DNA of 64,000 nt from Burkholderiales bacterium (GCA_035560005.1 DATMAN010000038.1:4009-68008); one strand, 5' to 3'; positions 24,629 through 33,713 are shown, numbered from the stretch's first letter. Notes: generated from the letters alone by a model not told the origin. Numbers and translations are program-made.

Positions 24629-26497
24629 ATGAAGCTGCTGCTGATCAATCCGAGATACCCGGAAAGCTTCTGGAGCTTCCGCTGGGCGGTGAACGAGGTG
24701 CTGCCGGACAAGCGCGCGGTGAACCCGCCGCTCGGGCTCGCCACGCTCGCGGCGCTCACCCCGGCACACTGGGAAGTGAACATCGTCGATGAAAACGTGG
24801 AAACGGTTCCGCTCGCACCCGATGCCGATGTCGTGGGCGTGTGCGGAATGGGCGTGCAGTTCGCGCGCCAGTGCGAACTGCTGCGTTACTATCGCAAGGC
24901 GGGATACCGCACGGTCGCCGGCGGCAGCTTCGCTTCGTTGTGCCCCGAGCGTTATGCCGAAGTCGCGGACAGCGTCGTGGCGGGCGAGGCCGAGTACATC
25001 TGGAAGCAGTACTGCGCCGATCTGGAGCGCGGCAGGCCGGAACCGCTGTACCGCGAGACCGGGACGGTGTCGCTCGCCGATTCGCCGGTGCCGCGCTTCG
25101 ATCTGCTCAAGCTCGACCGCTACACGACCGCGACCCTGCAGTTCTCGCGCGGCTGCCCGTACCTGTGCGAGTTCTGCGACATCATCGTCATGTTCGGCCG
25201 CAAGCCGCGCCACAAGAGCGTCGAGCAGGTGGGGCGCGAACTGGACGCGTTGCGCGGCGCGGGCGCGCGCAACGCCTTCTTCGTCGACGACAACCTGATC
25301 GGGCATCGGGCCGTGGCCAGGGAACTGCTGCGCTTCCTGGCGGACTACCAGCGCCGGCATGGCTACCCGTTCAGTTTCGGCACCGAGGTATCGCTTAACC
25401 TCGCCCAGGACAAGGAGCTGCTCGATCTGTTCCGCCAAGCGCGTTTCAGCTGGGTATTCGTCGGCATCGAGTCTTCCGATCCCGAGACGCTGAAGCGGAC
25501 CCGCAAGACGCAGAACACGCACGAAGACGTGCTGACGTCGGTGCGCCGCATCTACGAGCATGGCATCGACGTACTGGCCGGCTTCATCGTCGGCTTCGAC
25601 ACCGACACGGTGGCGACCTTCGAGCATCAGACGCGCTTCATCGTCGAGTCCGGCGTCCAGGCGGCGATGGTCGGTTTGCTCACCGCGTTGCCCAAGACGC
25701 CGCTCTACGAGCGGCTGGAGAAAGCAGGGCGCCTGCGCGCGGCGGTCGCCGGTACCGACAACACCAAGCCGGCGACCAACGTCGTGCCCGAGCGCATGAG
25801 CTACGAGGAAATGGTCGGGGGCTACGAGGCCATGTACCGGCAGTTGACGAGCGATGCGGCCATCGCCGCTCGCATCCGCAACAAGTTCCGCTACATGCGC
25901 CTGCCGGTGTACGGCGGGGAATACTCGACAGCCGAACGGCTGCGCATCGTCTGGCGGCTGATGGTGAGGGGCGTGCTGCCCGGCGGGTGGCCGCGGACAT
26001 GGCACTTCCTGCGTTCGCTGCCGTTCGGCTCGCCGCGCTCGCTGCCGCTGGCGATCGTGGACTGGATCTGCGGCCTGTCCATGCGCGACTACGTGGACCG
26101 GCATTTCCCCGTTGCCCGCGAGGAGGCAGGCAAGGCATTGCGCCTGTTCGATGCGTTCCGGCGGCGGGTGGAGCGGCACGCGCAGGGCGTGCGGCTCGCC
26201 CTGTCGTTGAAAACGGTCGCGCCCGCGGTCTCGGTGAGCCTGCGCGGGGCGCTGCCTGGCGCCTTCTTCCGCGGTGCGGCACGCCATCTGGAGCGGCTGC
26301 TCGGAAGGACCGCCGCCACCGTAACGCTGCGGATCGAGGCGCTGCGCGAGCAGGAGCTGCCGCACCTCGACCGGCTGCTGGCACGGCTTGCCCGCTACGG
26401 TGACCGCGTCTCGGTCGTGGTGAGCGAGCGCATGCGTGGTGTCGTTCGCATCGATTCGTCGGTATTCCGGCTCGTTCTCTTGCCGGAATCTACGTAA
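24629..26497 (+). CDS. B12-binding-domain radical SAM protein with long C-terminal extension (DUF4070-like)
   Basis: AAGGAG SD. N-terminal B12-binding-like domain (MKLLLINPRYP...GLATLAALTP). Radical SAM CPYLCEFC. 622 aa. Confidence 0.75.
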   Translation: MKLLLINPRYPESFWSFRWAVNEVLPDKRAVNPPLGLATLAALTPAHWEVNIVDENVETVPLAPDADVVGVCGMGVQFARQCELLRYYRKAGYRTVAGGSFASLCPERYAEVADSVVAGEAEYIWKQYCADLERGRPEPLYRETGTVSLADSPVPRFDLLKLDRYTTATLQFSRGCPYLCEFCDIIVMFGRKPRHKSVEQVGRELDALRGAGARNAFFVDDNLIGHRAVARELLRFLADYQRRHGYPFSFGTEVSLNLAQDKELLDLFRQARFSWVFVGIESSDPETLKRTRKTQNTHEDVLTSVRRIYEHGIDVLAGFIVGFDTDTVATFEHQTRFIVESGVQAAMVGLLTALPKTPLYERLEKAGRLRAAVAGTDNTKPATNVVPERMSYEEMVGGYEAMYRQLTSDAAIAARIRNKFRYMRLPVYGGEYSTAERLRIVWRLMVRGVLPGGWPRTWHFLRSLPFGSPRSLPLAIVDWICGLSMRDYVDRHFPVAREEAGKALRLFDAFRRRVERHAQGVRLALSLKTVAPAVSVSLRGALPGAFFRGAARHLERLLGRTAATVTLRIEALREQELPHLDRLLARLARYGDRVSVVVSERMRGVVRIDSSVFRLVLLPEST

Positions 26498-26712
26498 CGA
26501 AATTGAACCACGGAGGACACGGAGGACACGGAGGAAGAACGAGAAAGGTGACAAGAGAGTGTCAGAAGGTGCGTTGACTGAATTGGCCCTCGATGCGAAG
26601 TGGGTTGGGGACAGATCGACCACGTGAGTTTGCACCCGCTGCTTGCATGGGCGTTACTCCAAGTTCCTGTTTTTCTCCGTGTCCTCCGTGTCCACCGTGG
26701 TTCATATTTTTC
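26498..26712. repeat. palindromic repeat element, copy 6 (GGACAC-type arms)
   Basis: Left GAAATTGAACCACGGAGGACACGGAGGACACGGAGGAAGAACGAG. Right CTGTTTTTCTCCGTGTCCTCCGTGTCCACCGTGGTTCATATTTTTC. About 45-bp near-perfect inverted arms. Starts 1 nt after the radical SAM stop. Confidence 0.8.
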
Positions 26713-26726
26713 TGAAAGGAGAAGCG

Positions 26727-26897
26727 ATGAGCGTACAGGTACAGAAGATCGAGCTGCGGGCAGAGGAGCGCCAGCGCTGCGAAGTGTGGACGCGCGTGAT
26801 GGGCTATCACCGGCCGGTGGCGTCGTTCAACATCGGCAAGAAGGCCGAGCACCGCGAGCGCAAGTTCTTCCGCGAGTCGCGCGCCGATGGAAGATAA
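26727..26897 (+). CDS. nrdD: detached NrdD C-terminal glycyl-radical domain (56 aa)
   Basis: AAAGGAGAAG SD then ATG. CEVWTRVMGYHRPVASFNIGKKAEHRERKFF matches the class III RNR glycyl-radical tail (RVxGY, Gly codon 26802..26804). Overlaps the nrdG start by 11 nt. Confidence 0.7.
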   Translation: MSVQVQKIELRAEERQRCEVWTRVMGYHRPVASFNIGKKAEHRERKFFRESRADGR

Positions 26898-27645
26898 GCG
26901 GGCCGAGCGCCGGGCCGGCGGCTATCCGCTCGCGCCGGCGCGGGCGGCTCCAGGCGTGCTGCGCGTCGGCGGCTTCGTCGGCCTGTCGGTGTCCGATTTT
27001 CCGGGCGAGCTGGCCGCGGTGGTGTTCTGCCAGGGATGTCCCTGGCGCTGCCGTTATTGTCACAACCCGCATCTGCAGCCGCGCCGAGGAGAGGGAGAAC
27101 TGAGCTGGGACGGCCTCCGGGAAAAGATGGCCGGGCGCCGCGGATTGCTCGATGCGGTGGTGTTCAGCGGCGGAGAGCCCACAGCGCAGCTCACGCTGGA
27201 GGACGCAGTCCGCGAAATGCGCGCGCTGGGCTTGAAGATCGGGCTGCACACCGCGGGTCCGTACCCCTCGCGGCTGGAGCGGCTGCTGCCTCACCTGGAC
27301 TGGGTGGGGCTTGACGTGAAGGCGCCGTTCGATCGCTACGATTCCCTCACCGGCGCCCGCAAATCTTCCCTGCGCGCACTCGACAGCCTGTGTGCGGTGA
27401 TCGACTCGGGGGTCGCCTGCGAAGTGCGGACCACGGTCCACCCCGACCTGATGGCGCCGGAGGAGCTGCTGCGGCTGGCGCGCTCGCTCGCCCGACTGGG
27501 CGTGAGGCGCTACGTGATCCAGGAATTTCGCGCGCAGGGTTGCGCCGACCGGCACTTGCTGCAACCGCGCCGCTCGCCCTGGCTGGCGAGCGTGCAAGCG
27601 CGGATCGCGGCGTTGTTCGACACTCTCGAGCTCAGGCCGGCCTGA
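26887..27645 (+). CDS. nrdG: anaerobic ribonucleotide reductase activating protein (radical SAM)
   Basis: VVFCQGCPWRCRYCHNP cluster, VVFSGGEPT, GLHTAG. Confidence 0.8.
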   Translation: MEDKRAERRAGGYPLAPARAAPGVLRVGGFVGLSVSDFPGELAAVVFCQGCPWRCRYCHNPHLQPRRGEGELSWDGLREKMAGRRGLLDAVVFSGGEPTAQLTLEDAVREMRALGLKIGLHTAGPYPSRLERLLPHLDWVGLDVKAPFDRYDSLTGARKSSLRALDSLCAVIDSGVACEVRTTVHPDLMAPEELLRLARSLARLGVRRYVIQEFRAQGCADRHLLQPRRSPWLASVQARIAALFDTLELRPA

Positions 27646-27721
27646 CGCGCGACGGGTGCGCCGGTAAGATTTCCGCAATGCCCTTGCGGCGCTGCCGACC
27701 TGCGCGACCGCCGCCCCTGCC

Positions 27722-28879
27722 GTGACTTCGAGCCGATTCGCACTGTTCAATCTGGGCTTCCGGCCGTTCTACCTGTTGGCGGCGCTGCTGGCCGTGCTCG
27801 GCGTTCCGGTCTGGGTGGCGCAGTGGTACGCAGTCATTCCGCAGCCGGGCCAGTTCGGCGGCATGGCCTGGCACGCACACGAGATGGTGTTCGGTTTCGC
27901 CGCTGCGGTGATCACCGGATTCCTGTTCACGGCGGCGCGCAACTGGACCGGGCTGCCCACGCCGACCGGCGCTGCGCTGGCCGCGCTGGCGGCCCTCTGG
28001 CTCGCCGGCCGGCTGGCGATGCTGACCGGACCCGGTGTGCTGGCGGCGCTGGTGGACTGCGCGTTTCTCCCGCTCGTCGCACTCAGCCTGTGGTTTCCGT
28101 TGAAGCGCAGCGGCAATCGCAATCTGTTCTTCGTCGGCCTGTTGCTGCTGTTCGCGGCTGCCAATCTCCTGTTCCATCTCGCACGCCTCGGGGTGCTGGC
28201 GCTGCCCCCGACGGTCCCCGCGCGCGGCGCGCTGTTCCTGGTCGTGTTGATCGTTTCGATCATGTCGGGCCGGGTGACGCCGAGCTTCACGAAGAATGCG
28301 ATGCCTTCGGCCAACGTTCGCCGGGTGGCAGCACTCGACGCCGCGGCCATCGGCGTGCTCGCGACGGCGCTCGCCGCGGAACTCGCGGGGACGCCGGCCT
28401 GGCTGCTCGCGCCCCTTGCCGGCGCGGCGGCGGCCTTGCATGCAGTGAGACTCGTGCTCTGGGACCCGCTCTCGACTTTGCGCAGCCCGATCCTGTGGAT
28501 CCTGCATTTGTCTTACGCGTGGATCCCGCTGGGCATGATTCTGCTCGCGGTTTCGGCGATCTATCCTGAGATCCCGGCTGGCCTGTTCCTGCATGCCCTG
28601 GGTACCGGAGCGGTGGGCGGATCGATCATCGGCATGATCACGCGCACCGCACGCGGACACACCGCGCGCCCCTTGCAGGCAGGAGGACGCGAGACGCTGG
28701 CGTACGTGCTGGTGCACGTGGCCGCGGCTCTTCGGGTGTTCGGGCCGCTCGCGCTGCCGGCGCAGTACGGCGCGGTCTTGATTGGCGCCGCCACGGCCTG
28801 GAGCCTCGCCTTCGTGCTGTATCTGATCGTCTACCTCCCGATCCTTTCGCTGCCTCGCCTCGACGGCAGACCCGGCTAG
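27722..28879 (+). CDS. nnrS: NnrS family haem/copper membrane protein
   Basis: GTG start. FRPFYLLAA, WHAHEMVFGFAAAVITGFLFTAARNWTG. Confidence 0.8.
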   Translation: MTSSRFALFNLGFRPFYLLAALLAVLGVPVWVAQWYAVIPQPGQFGGMAWHAHEMVFGFAAAVITGFLFTAARNWTGLPTPTGAALAALAALWLAGRLAMLTGPGVLAALVDCAFLPLVALSLWFPLKRSGNRNLFFVGLLLLFAAANLLFHLARLGVLALPPTVPARGALFLVVLIVSIMSGRVTPSFTKNAMPSANVRRVAALDAAAIGVLATALAAELAGTPAWLLAPLAGAAAALHAVRLVLWDPLSTLRSPILWILHLSYAWIPLGMILLAVSAIYPEIPAGLFLHALGTGAVGGSIIGMITRTARGHTARPLQAGGRETLAYVLVHVAAALRVFGPLALPAQYGAVLIGAATAWSLAFVLYLIVYLPILSLPRLDGRPG

Positions 28880-28882
28880 CCT

Positions 28883-29086
28883 AACGAAAACGCCCACCGC
28901 GGAGGACGCAAAGGACGCGGAGGAAGGCAAATCAGAAAATGACCACCAAGAGCGTCAGGGAAACGAGATGATCGGTTGTTTGTGTGCTTTCTTGGGGTTC
29001 CTGGCGGCTTTCGCGGTTCGTCCAAAGTCGTTTCTTTTTGTATTTCCTCTGCATCCTTTACGTCCTCCGCGGTGGGAGCAGATTTT
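28883..29086. repeat. palindromic repeat element, copy 7
   Basis: AACGAAAACGCCCACCGCGGAGGACGCAAAGGACGCGGAGGAAGGCAAATCAG ... GTATTTCCTCTGCATCCTTTACGTCCTCCGCGGTGGGAGCAGATTTT. Starts 4 nt after the nnrS stop. Confidence 0.8.
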
Positions 29087-29093
29087 GGAAACC

Positions 29094-29107
29094 TTAATCC
29101 GGATCAA
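29094..29107. promoter_or_regulatory. FNR-like half-degenerate box TTAATCCGGATCAA
   Basis: One mismatch. About 270 nt upstream of pqqA, so the assignment is weak. Confidence 0.3.
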
Positions 29108-29375
29108 GAAATCGGGAAAAAACGGGCACCCGCCTCGAAATCCATGAAAGTCATGAGGCGACTTTCATCAATTTCCCGATGCGCGATCGCGCAAGTTCGC
29201 GTCGCGGCCTGCCCGCGGGCGCAAACATAATCGAGCCGAACGTTGACCGCGCGGGGAGTCTCTGGGGCGCCTCTCCGCTTCCCGTGCGGCACAGCGTTCC
29301 GGCACTCGCCGGTGGGCGGCGACCGCGTCTGCCGCGCCCACGACGCCGTCGAAACGCTGTCCCAAGGAGGAAGAC

Positions 29376-29453
29376 ATGAAACAGTGGACCGACCCGGCGT
29401 ACTGCGATATTCGCCTGGGCTTCGAAGTCACGGCGTACGTGTACGTCCGCTAG
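29376..29453 (+). CDS. pqqA: PQQ precursor peptide PqqA
   Basis: Not in the ORF track. AAGGAGGAAG SD then MKQWTDPAYCDIRLGFEVTAYVYVR, with the conserved E-V-T-x-Y cross-link pair and high similarity to the remembered Pseudomonas/Klebsiella PqqA. Confidence 0.8.
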   Translation: MKQWTDPAYCDIRLGFEVTAYVYVR

Positions 29454-29464
29454 TCGCGTGCCGA

Positions 29465-29494
29465 GCGGGGGCGGGCGATCCGCTCCCGCCCCGC
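29465..29494 (+). promoter_or_regulatory. GC-rich hairpin between pqqA and pqqD
   Basis: GGGGCGGG (29468..29475) pairs with CCCGCCCC (29485..29492). Position matches the processing/attenuation hairpins described after pqqA in other pqq operons. Confidence 0.4.
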
Positions 29495-29511
29495 CGAAGG
29501 AAGCATCGATC

Positions 29512-29805
29512 ATGAATTGCGCCAATGCGTTCGGGGCTCACGAGCGCCCGGTCATCAACCCGCTGTTCCTGTTGCGCTGGGAACACACCCAGCAGGCCTA
29601 CGTGCTGCTCTACCCGGAGGGTGTCGTGAAGCTCAACGACACCGCCGGCGAAATCCTCAAGCGCTGCGACGGCCGGCACACCGTCGGCGAGCTGGTCGAA
29701 GAGATCACGCGCGAGTTTGCGGCCGATCCCGCCCGGATCGGCGAATCGGTGCAGAAATTCCTGGAGGTGTCCCATGCCAAAGGATGGATCCGTCGTCAGG
29801 CTTGA
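29512..29805 (+). CDS. pqqD: PqqA-binding chaperone PqqD
   Basis: ORF trimmed to MNCANAF after a GAAGGAAG SD. LLRWEHTQQAYVLLYPEGVVKLNDTAGEILKRCDG is a PqqD signature. Confidence 0.75.
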   Translation: MNCANAFGAHERPVINPLFLLRWEHTQQAYVLLYPEGVVKLNDTAGEILKRCDGRHTVGELVEEITREFAADPARIGESVQKFLEVSHAKGWIRRQA

Positions 29806-30916
29806 CGGGCAGGGCAAGCCGCTGTGGCTGGTGCTGGAGCTGACCTACCGCTGTCCGCTCGCCTGCCCTTGGTGCAGCAACCCGGTGGACTACCCCCGTT
29901 ACGGCGACGAGCTCACCACGGAAGAGTGGAAGCGTGTGCTGCGTGAAGGCCGAGAGCTGGGGGCGTTGCAACTCGGCTTTACCGGCGGCGAGCCGATGCT
30001 GCGCAAGGACCTGGAAGCGCTGGTCGAAGAGGCGCATGGCCTGGGCTACTACACCAACCTGATCACGTCCGGGATCGGGCTATCCGAGGCACGGCTCGCG
30101 GCCCTGAAGCGCGCGGGCCTGAATCAGATCCAGCTCTCCATCCAGTCGAGCCGGCGCGACCTCACCGACGAGCTGGTCGGTACGCGCGCCTTCGACCACA
30201 AGCTGACAGTGGCGCGGCTCATCAAGGCCTACGGGTTTCCGATGGTGCTCAACGTTCCGGTGTTCCGGCAGAACGTGGACCTCACCGCCGAGATCCTGCA
30301 AATGGCCGAGGACATCGGCGCGGACTATCTCGAGTTCGCCAACATCCAGTACTACAACTGGGCGATGGTGAACCGCGACGAGCTGCTGCCTTCGCTCGGG
30401 CAGCTCAAACGCGCCGAGGCCATCGTGCAGGAGGCGCGCGAGCGGCTCGACGGAAAGATGACCATCTACTTCGTCATCCCCGACTACTACGAAGAGCGCC
30501 CGAAGGCCTGCATGAACGGCTGGGGTTCGATTCACCTGACCATAGCGCCCGATGGCACGGCGCTGCCGTGCCAGGAAGCGCGCGTGATCACGGGGCTGGA
30601 ATTTCCGACCGTGCGCGAGAAGAGTCTCGCGTGGTTGTGGAACGAGTCGCCGGCCTTCAGCAAGTTCCGCGGAGAAGACTGGATGAAGGAACCCTGCCGC
30701 AGTTGCAGCGAGAAGGAGAAAGACTTCGGCGGCTGCCGCTGCCAGGCGCTGCTGCTCACGGGGGACGCGGCCAACACCGATCCCGCGTGCGCGAAGTCGC
30801 CGCACCATTATCTGATCGTCGAGGCGGTGGCGCGGGCCAGCGACCCGGGCCGTGCGCACCAGCCGCTGGTGATGCGGCGGGCGAGCCGCGAGGAACCGGA
30901 GATCGCGCCGGGATGA
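29774..30916 (+). CDS. pqqE: radical SAM PqqA peptide cyclase PqqE
   Basis: GGAGG SD. LELTYRCPLACPWCSNP radical SAM cluster plus a SPASM-type Cys-rich C-terminus (CRSC...CRCQ). Confidence 0.85.
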   Translation: MPKDGSVVRLDGQGKPLWLVLELTYRCPLACPWCSNPVDYPRYGDELTTEEWKRVLREGRELGALQLGFTGGEPMLRKDLEALVEEAHGLGYYTNLITSGIGLSEARLAALKRAGLNQIQLSIQSSRRDLTDELVGTRAFDHKLTVARLIKAYGFPMVLNVPVFRQNVDLTAEILQMAEDIGADYLEFANIQYYNWAMVNRDELLPSLGQLKRAEAIVQEARERLDGKMTIYFVIPDYYEERPKACMNGWGSIHLTIAPDGTALPCQEARVITGLEFPTVREKSLAWLWNESPAFSKFRGEDWMKEPCRSCSEKEKDFGGCRCQALLLTGDAANTDPACAKSPHHYLIVEAVARASDPGRAHQPLVMRRASREEPEIAPG

Positions 30917-31020
30917 GAAATCTGCTCGACAGCGCATTCGGCACGATCCTGGCCGGCATCGCGCTGACTGTGGCGCTTTGGCTTCTCGCCCGCTGGCTGG
31001 TGCACGCACCTTTCTGGTGA
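30913..31020 (+). CDS. 35-aa single-TM peptide translationally coupled to pqqE (hypothetical)
   Basis: ATGA overlap with the pqqE stop. MRNLLDSAFGTILAGIALTVALWLLARWLVHAPFW. Confidence 0.3.
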   Translation: MRNLLDSAFGTILAGIALTVALWLLARWLVHAPFW

Positions 31021-31243
31021 AGGAAAAGCAGAAGGACGAAACACGAAGACCCGAAGAAAGCGCGGGGGTAACGACTCATATAGGAGGCCACGCTTCGCAA
31101 CGACATGAGGGATGCACGTTCCAGCACGAACACCTGAAGACACAGACTGTGACAGCTTGGGGATATGAACGCCCCACGCTGACAGTCTTCTTTTCAACCT
31201 TGCTGGGTTTTCTTCGTGTCTTCGTGTTTCGCTCTGGATCTTT
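31021..31243. repeat. palindromic repeat element, copy 8 (CACGAAG-type arms)
   Basis: AGCAGAAGGACGAAACACGAAGACCCGAAGAAAGC ... GGGTTTTCTTCGTGTCTTCGTGTTTCGCTCTGG. Starts right after the stop at 31020. Confidence 0.75.
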
Positions 31244-31249
31244 GGGTAT

Positions 31250-31753
31250 ATGGAAGCTCAAGCGTTGGATCTGCTGCTGCGCTGGCTGCATTTCTTCGCC
31301 GGCATCGTCTGGATGGGTCACAACTACTCGACCCTGATCCAGCGGCCGAGCTACCAGCCGCTGGCGGCCTCCGACCTGACGGACGCCGCCAGCCCGCGCT
31401 TCATGAGCCTGCTCGCGCGCGAGCACGCCATCTTCCGCTGGGCTTCCGTGGTGACCTGGGCGAGCGGCGTGCTCATGCTCTGGCGGCGCGGCTGGATCGT
31501 GGACGCGGTGACGCTCGCCGGCTACCACGCGGTGATCGGCATCGGACTGTGGATCGGCACGCTGATGATGCTCAACGTGTGGCTCGTGCTCTGGCCGCAC
31601 CAGAAGAAGGTGTTGGGCTTCGTGCCCGCGCCGCTGGAAGAGCGGCTGCGCGCCTCGCGCGTGACTTTTCTCTCGGCGCGGGTCAATACCGTGCTGTCCA
31701 TTCCGCTGCTGTTCTTCATGGCCTCGGCGCAGCACGGCGCGTTTCTCTTCTGA
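31250..31753 (+). CDS. four-TM membrane protein resembling the PuuD/urate-hydroxylase N-terminal membrane domain
   Basis: LLLRWLHFFAGIVWMGHNY resembles the LLRWxHxxAGIxWIG motif. 167 aa. Confidence 0.45.
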   Translation: MEAQALDLLLRWLHFFAGIVWMGHNYSTLIQRPSYQPLAASDLTDAASPRFMSLLAREHAIFRWASVVTWASGVLMLWRRGWIVDAVTLAGYHAVIGIGLWIGTLMMLNVWLVLWPHQKKVLGFVPAPLEERLRASRVTFLSARVNTVLSIPLLFFMASAQHGAFLF

Positions 31754-31762
31754 AGCTCGCGT

Positions 31763-32872
31763 GTGCCCAAGCGCTTGATGACGAATCTGTTCCAACGGCG
31801 CCTGCAGGCCACACCATCGCGCGCGGGCGCGGCGAACCTGGCCGCCGCCGGGGGGCAGTTGCCGGCCGAGGTGCTGGAGCGCACCGCGCGCGACCTGACC
31901 GACTGGCGGCACAGCGCGCGCAGCGTGCTGGCGTTGCCGTTCACGGGCCGCGAGTTCATGGATCTCCTGGCCGAGGCGGTCGCGGCCCTGCGGACGCTGC
32001 TCGCGGTACCGGCGAACTATCGCGTGCTGTTTCTGCAGGGCGGGGCTTCGGCGCAGTTCGCCCTGGTGCCGATGAACCTGCTGCGCGGCCGGACGATGGC
32101 CTGCTACGCCGACACCGGCTATTGGTCGCGGCGCGCGATCGCCGAGGCGCAGCGCTACTGCGAAGTCGAAGTGCTGCCGCCGCATCGTGCGCCGGCGATC
32201 GCTTCGCGCGGCGCCTACCTGCACCTTACTTCGAACGAGACGGCGGATGGACGGCAGTACCGCGAGTTTCCCGACGCCGGCGCGCTCCCCCTCGTGGCGG
32301 ACATGACCTCGGATTTCCTCACGCGGCCGATCGACGTGTCGCGCTTCGGGCTGATCTACGCCAGCGCGCAGAAGAACATCGGGGCGGCCGGGCTCACCGT
32401 CGTCATCGTGCGCCAGGATTTGCTGGGCAGCGCCCATCCGGCAACGCCCACGGTCTTCGATTACCTGGCGCAGGCGCACAACGATTCGCTCTACAACACC
32501 CCGCCGATGTTCGCCGTGTATCTCGCCGGCCTGGTGTTCAAGTGGCTGCTGGCGCAGGGTGGGCTGGAGGCGATGCAGGCGGCAGTACAGCGCAAGAGCG
32601 CGCAGCTCTACGAAGTGATCGACCGCTCGGGCGGGTTCTACCGCTGCACGGTCGCCGCGCAGGACCGGTCGCAGATCAACGTCTGCTTCTGGCTCGCCGA
32701 GGATTCGCTGACGCCGATCTTTCTGCGCGAGGCGGAGGAGGAAGGCTTCCTGCATCTCGCGGGGCATCCGCGCGTAGGCGGCATCCGCGCGAGTCTGTAC
32801 AACGCGGTGAGCGAAGAAACCGCCTGCGCGCTGGCGAGCTTCATGAGCGAATTCGCCCGGCGCCATGGATGA
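31763..32872 (+). CDS. serC: phosphoserine aminotransferase
   Basis: Class V aminotransferase motifs FLQGGASAQF, IYASAQKNIGAAGLTVVIV (PLP Lys), GGIRASLYNA. Start uncertain. Confidence 0.75.
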   Translation: MPKRLMTNLFQRRLQATPSRAGAANLAAAGGQLPAEVLERTARDLTDWRHSARSVLALPFTGREFMDLLAEAVAALRTLLAVPANYRVLFLQGGASAQFALVPMNLLRGRTMACYADTGYWSRRAIAEAQRYCEVEVLPPHRAPAIASRGAYLHLTSNETADGRQYREFPDAGALPLVADMTSDFLTRPIDVSRFGLIYASAQKNIGAAGLTVVIVRQDLLGSAHPATPTVFDYLAQAHNDSLYNTPPMFAVYLAGLVFKWLLAQGGLEAMQAAVQRKSAQLYEVIDRSGGFYRCTVAAQDRSQINVCFWLAEDSLTPIFLREAEEEGFLHLAGHPRVGGIRASLYNAVSEETACALASFMSEFARRHG

Positions 32873-33713
32873 GACGCACATCGAGGTGATGGGCATGCGC
32901 CTGTCCGGGCGCATGGGCATGGCCGCCGGGCTCGACCGCTACGGCGAGATCGCGCATCGCGCGGGCAGGCTCGGCCTGGCGTTCGTCGAGACCGGCACCG
33001 TGACGCCGCGTCCGGAGCCGGGACGCAACCGCGGGATCGACGTTCTGGTCGCCAGCCTGCTTCGCCGGGGCTGGCACCGGCCGCACTTGCGCGTCCAGCG
33101 CTGCCGGCTCGGCATCAGCATCGCCAGGAACTCCTCGACGCCACTGGCGGAAGCGGCGCGCGATTACGCCTTCTGTCTGCACAAGGGCTGGCCCTTCGCG
33201 GATTACTTCACGCTCAATCTGGGCTCGGTGCTGATCGCGGCGCGCGAGACGCCGCATATCCTGCCGGTGTTGCTCGCCAAGGTGAAGGAAGCGCAGTTGC
33301 GGCTCGCGGCGCGCACCGGCCGTCAAGTGCCGATCGCCGTCAAGGCGGTGCTGCACGAGGACACGATGGAGGAACTGGCGCGACTGGTCGGGCATCTGGC
33401 CGCGCTGGAGTTCGAAGGCCTCCTCGCCGCCACGCCCGACCCCGAGCCCGGAGAAACGACCGTCAGGCCAGGCGTCCTGATTGGCGAGCTGGCGCGCCTG
33501 AAGAGCGCGCGCATGGCCATCCTGTCGGTCGGAGGAATTCGCTCGGCCGATGAGGCCTGCGCGCGCATCGAGGCGGGCGCGAGCCTGCTGCAGATGCACC
33601 GCGGCCTGATCGACATCGGACCCGGGCTCGCGTGGTCGATTCGCTGTCAGCTGGCCGAAAGGACCGGACGGTCGTTCGCGCGACCCTTGAGCGGCGGATG
33701 GGCGAAGGGCTGA
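32865..33713 (+). CDS. dihydroorotate dehydrogenase-like protein with degenerate catalytic loop
   Basis: MGMAAGLDRYGE, AFVETGTVTPRPEPGRN and SVGGIRSADEACARIEAGASLLQM resemble class 2 PyrD. The N-terminal membrane helix and the SSPNT/Ser catalytic loop are not recognisable. Confidence 0.5.
   Translation: MDETHIEVMGMRLSGRMGMAAGLDRYGEIAHRAGRLGLAFVETGTVTPRPEPGRNRGIDVLVASLLRRGWHRPHLRVQRCRLGISIARNSSTPLAEAARDYAFCLHKGWPFADYFTLNLGSVLIAARETPHILPVLLAKVKEAQLRLAARTGRQVPIAVKAVLHEDTMEELARLVGHLAALEFEGLLAATPDPEPGETTVRPGVLIGELARLKSARMAILSVGGIRSADEACARIEAGASLLQMHRGLIDIGPGLAWSIRCQLAERTGRSFARPLSGGWAKG

Noticed and set aside
26511-26537. Tandem 8-9-mers (CGGAGGACA, CACGAAGG), considered as a possible CRISPR array or microsatellite.
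   Set aside because: There are only 2-3 units with no spacers and no cas genes. They are the arms of the palindromic elements.
10694-29086. Elements lying directly after stop codons with variable cores, considered as integron attC sites / gene cassettes.
   Set aside because: There are no GTTRRRY/RYYYAAC core sites and no intI. The flanked genes are operonic respiratory genes, not promoterless cassettes.
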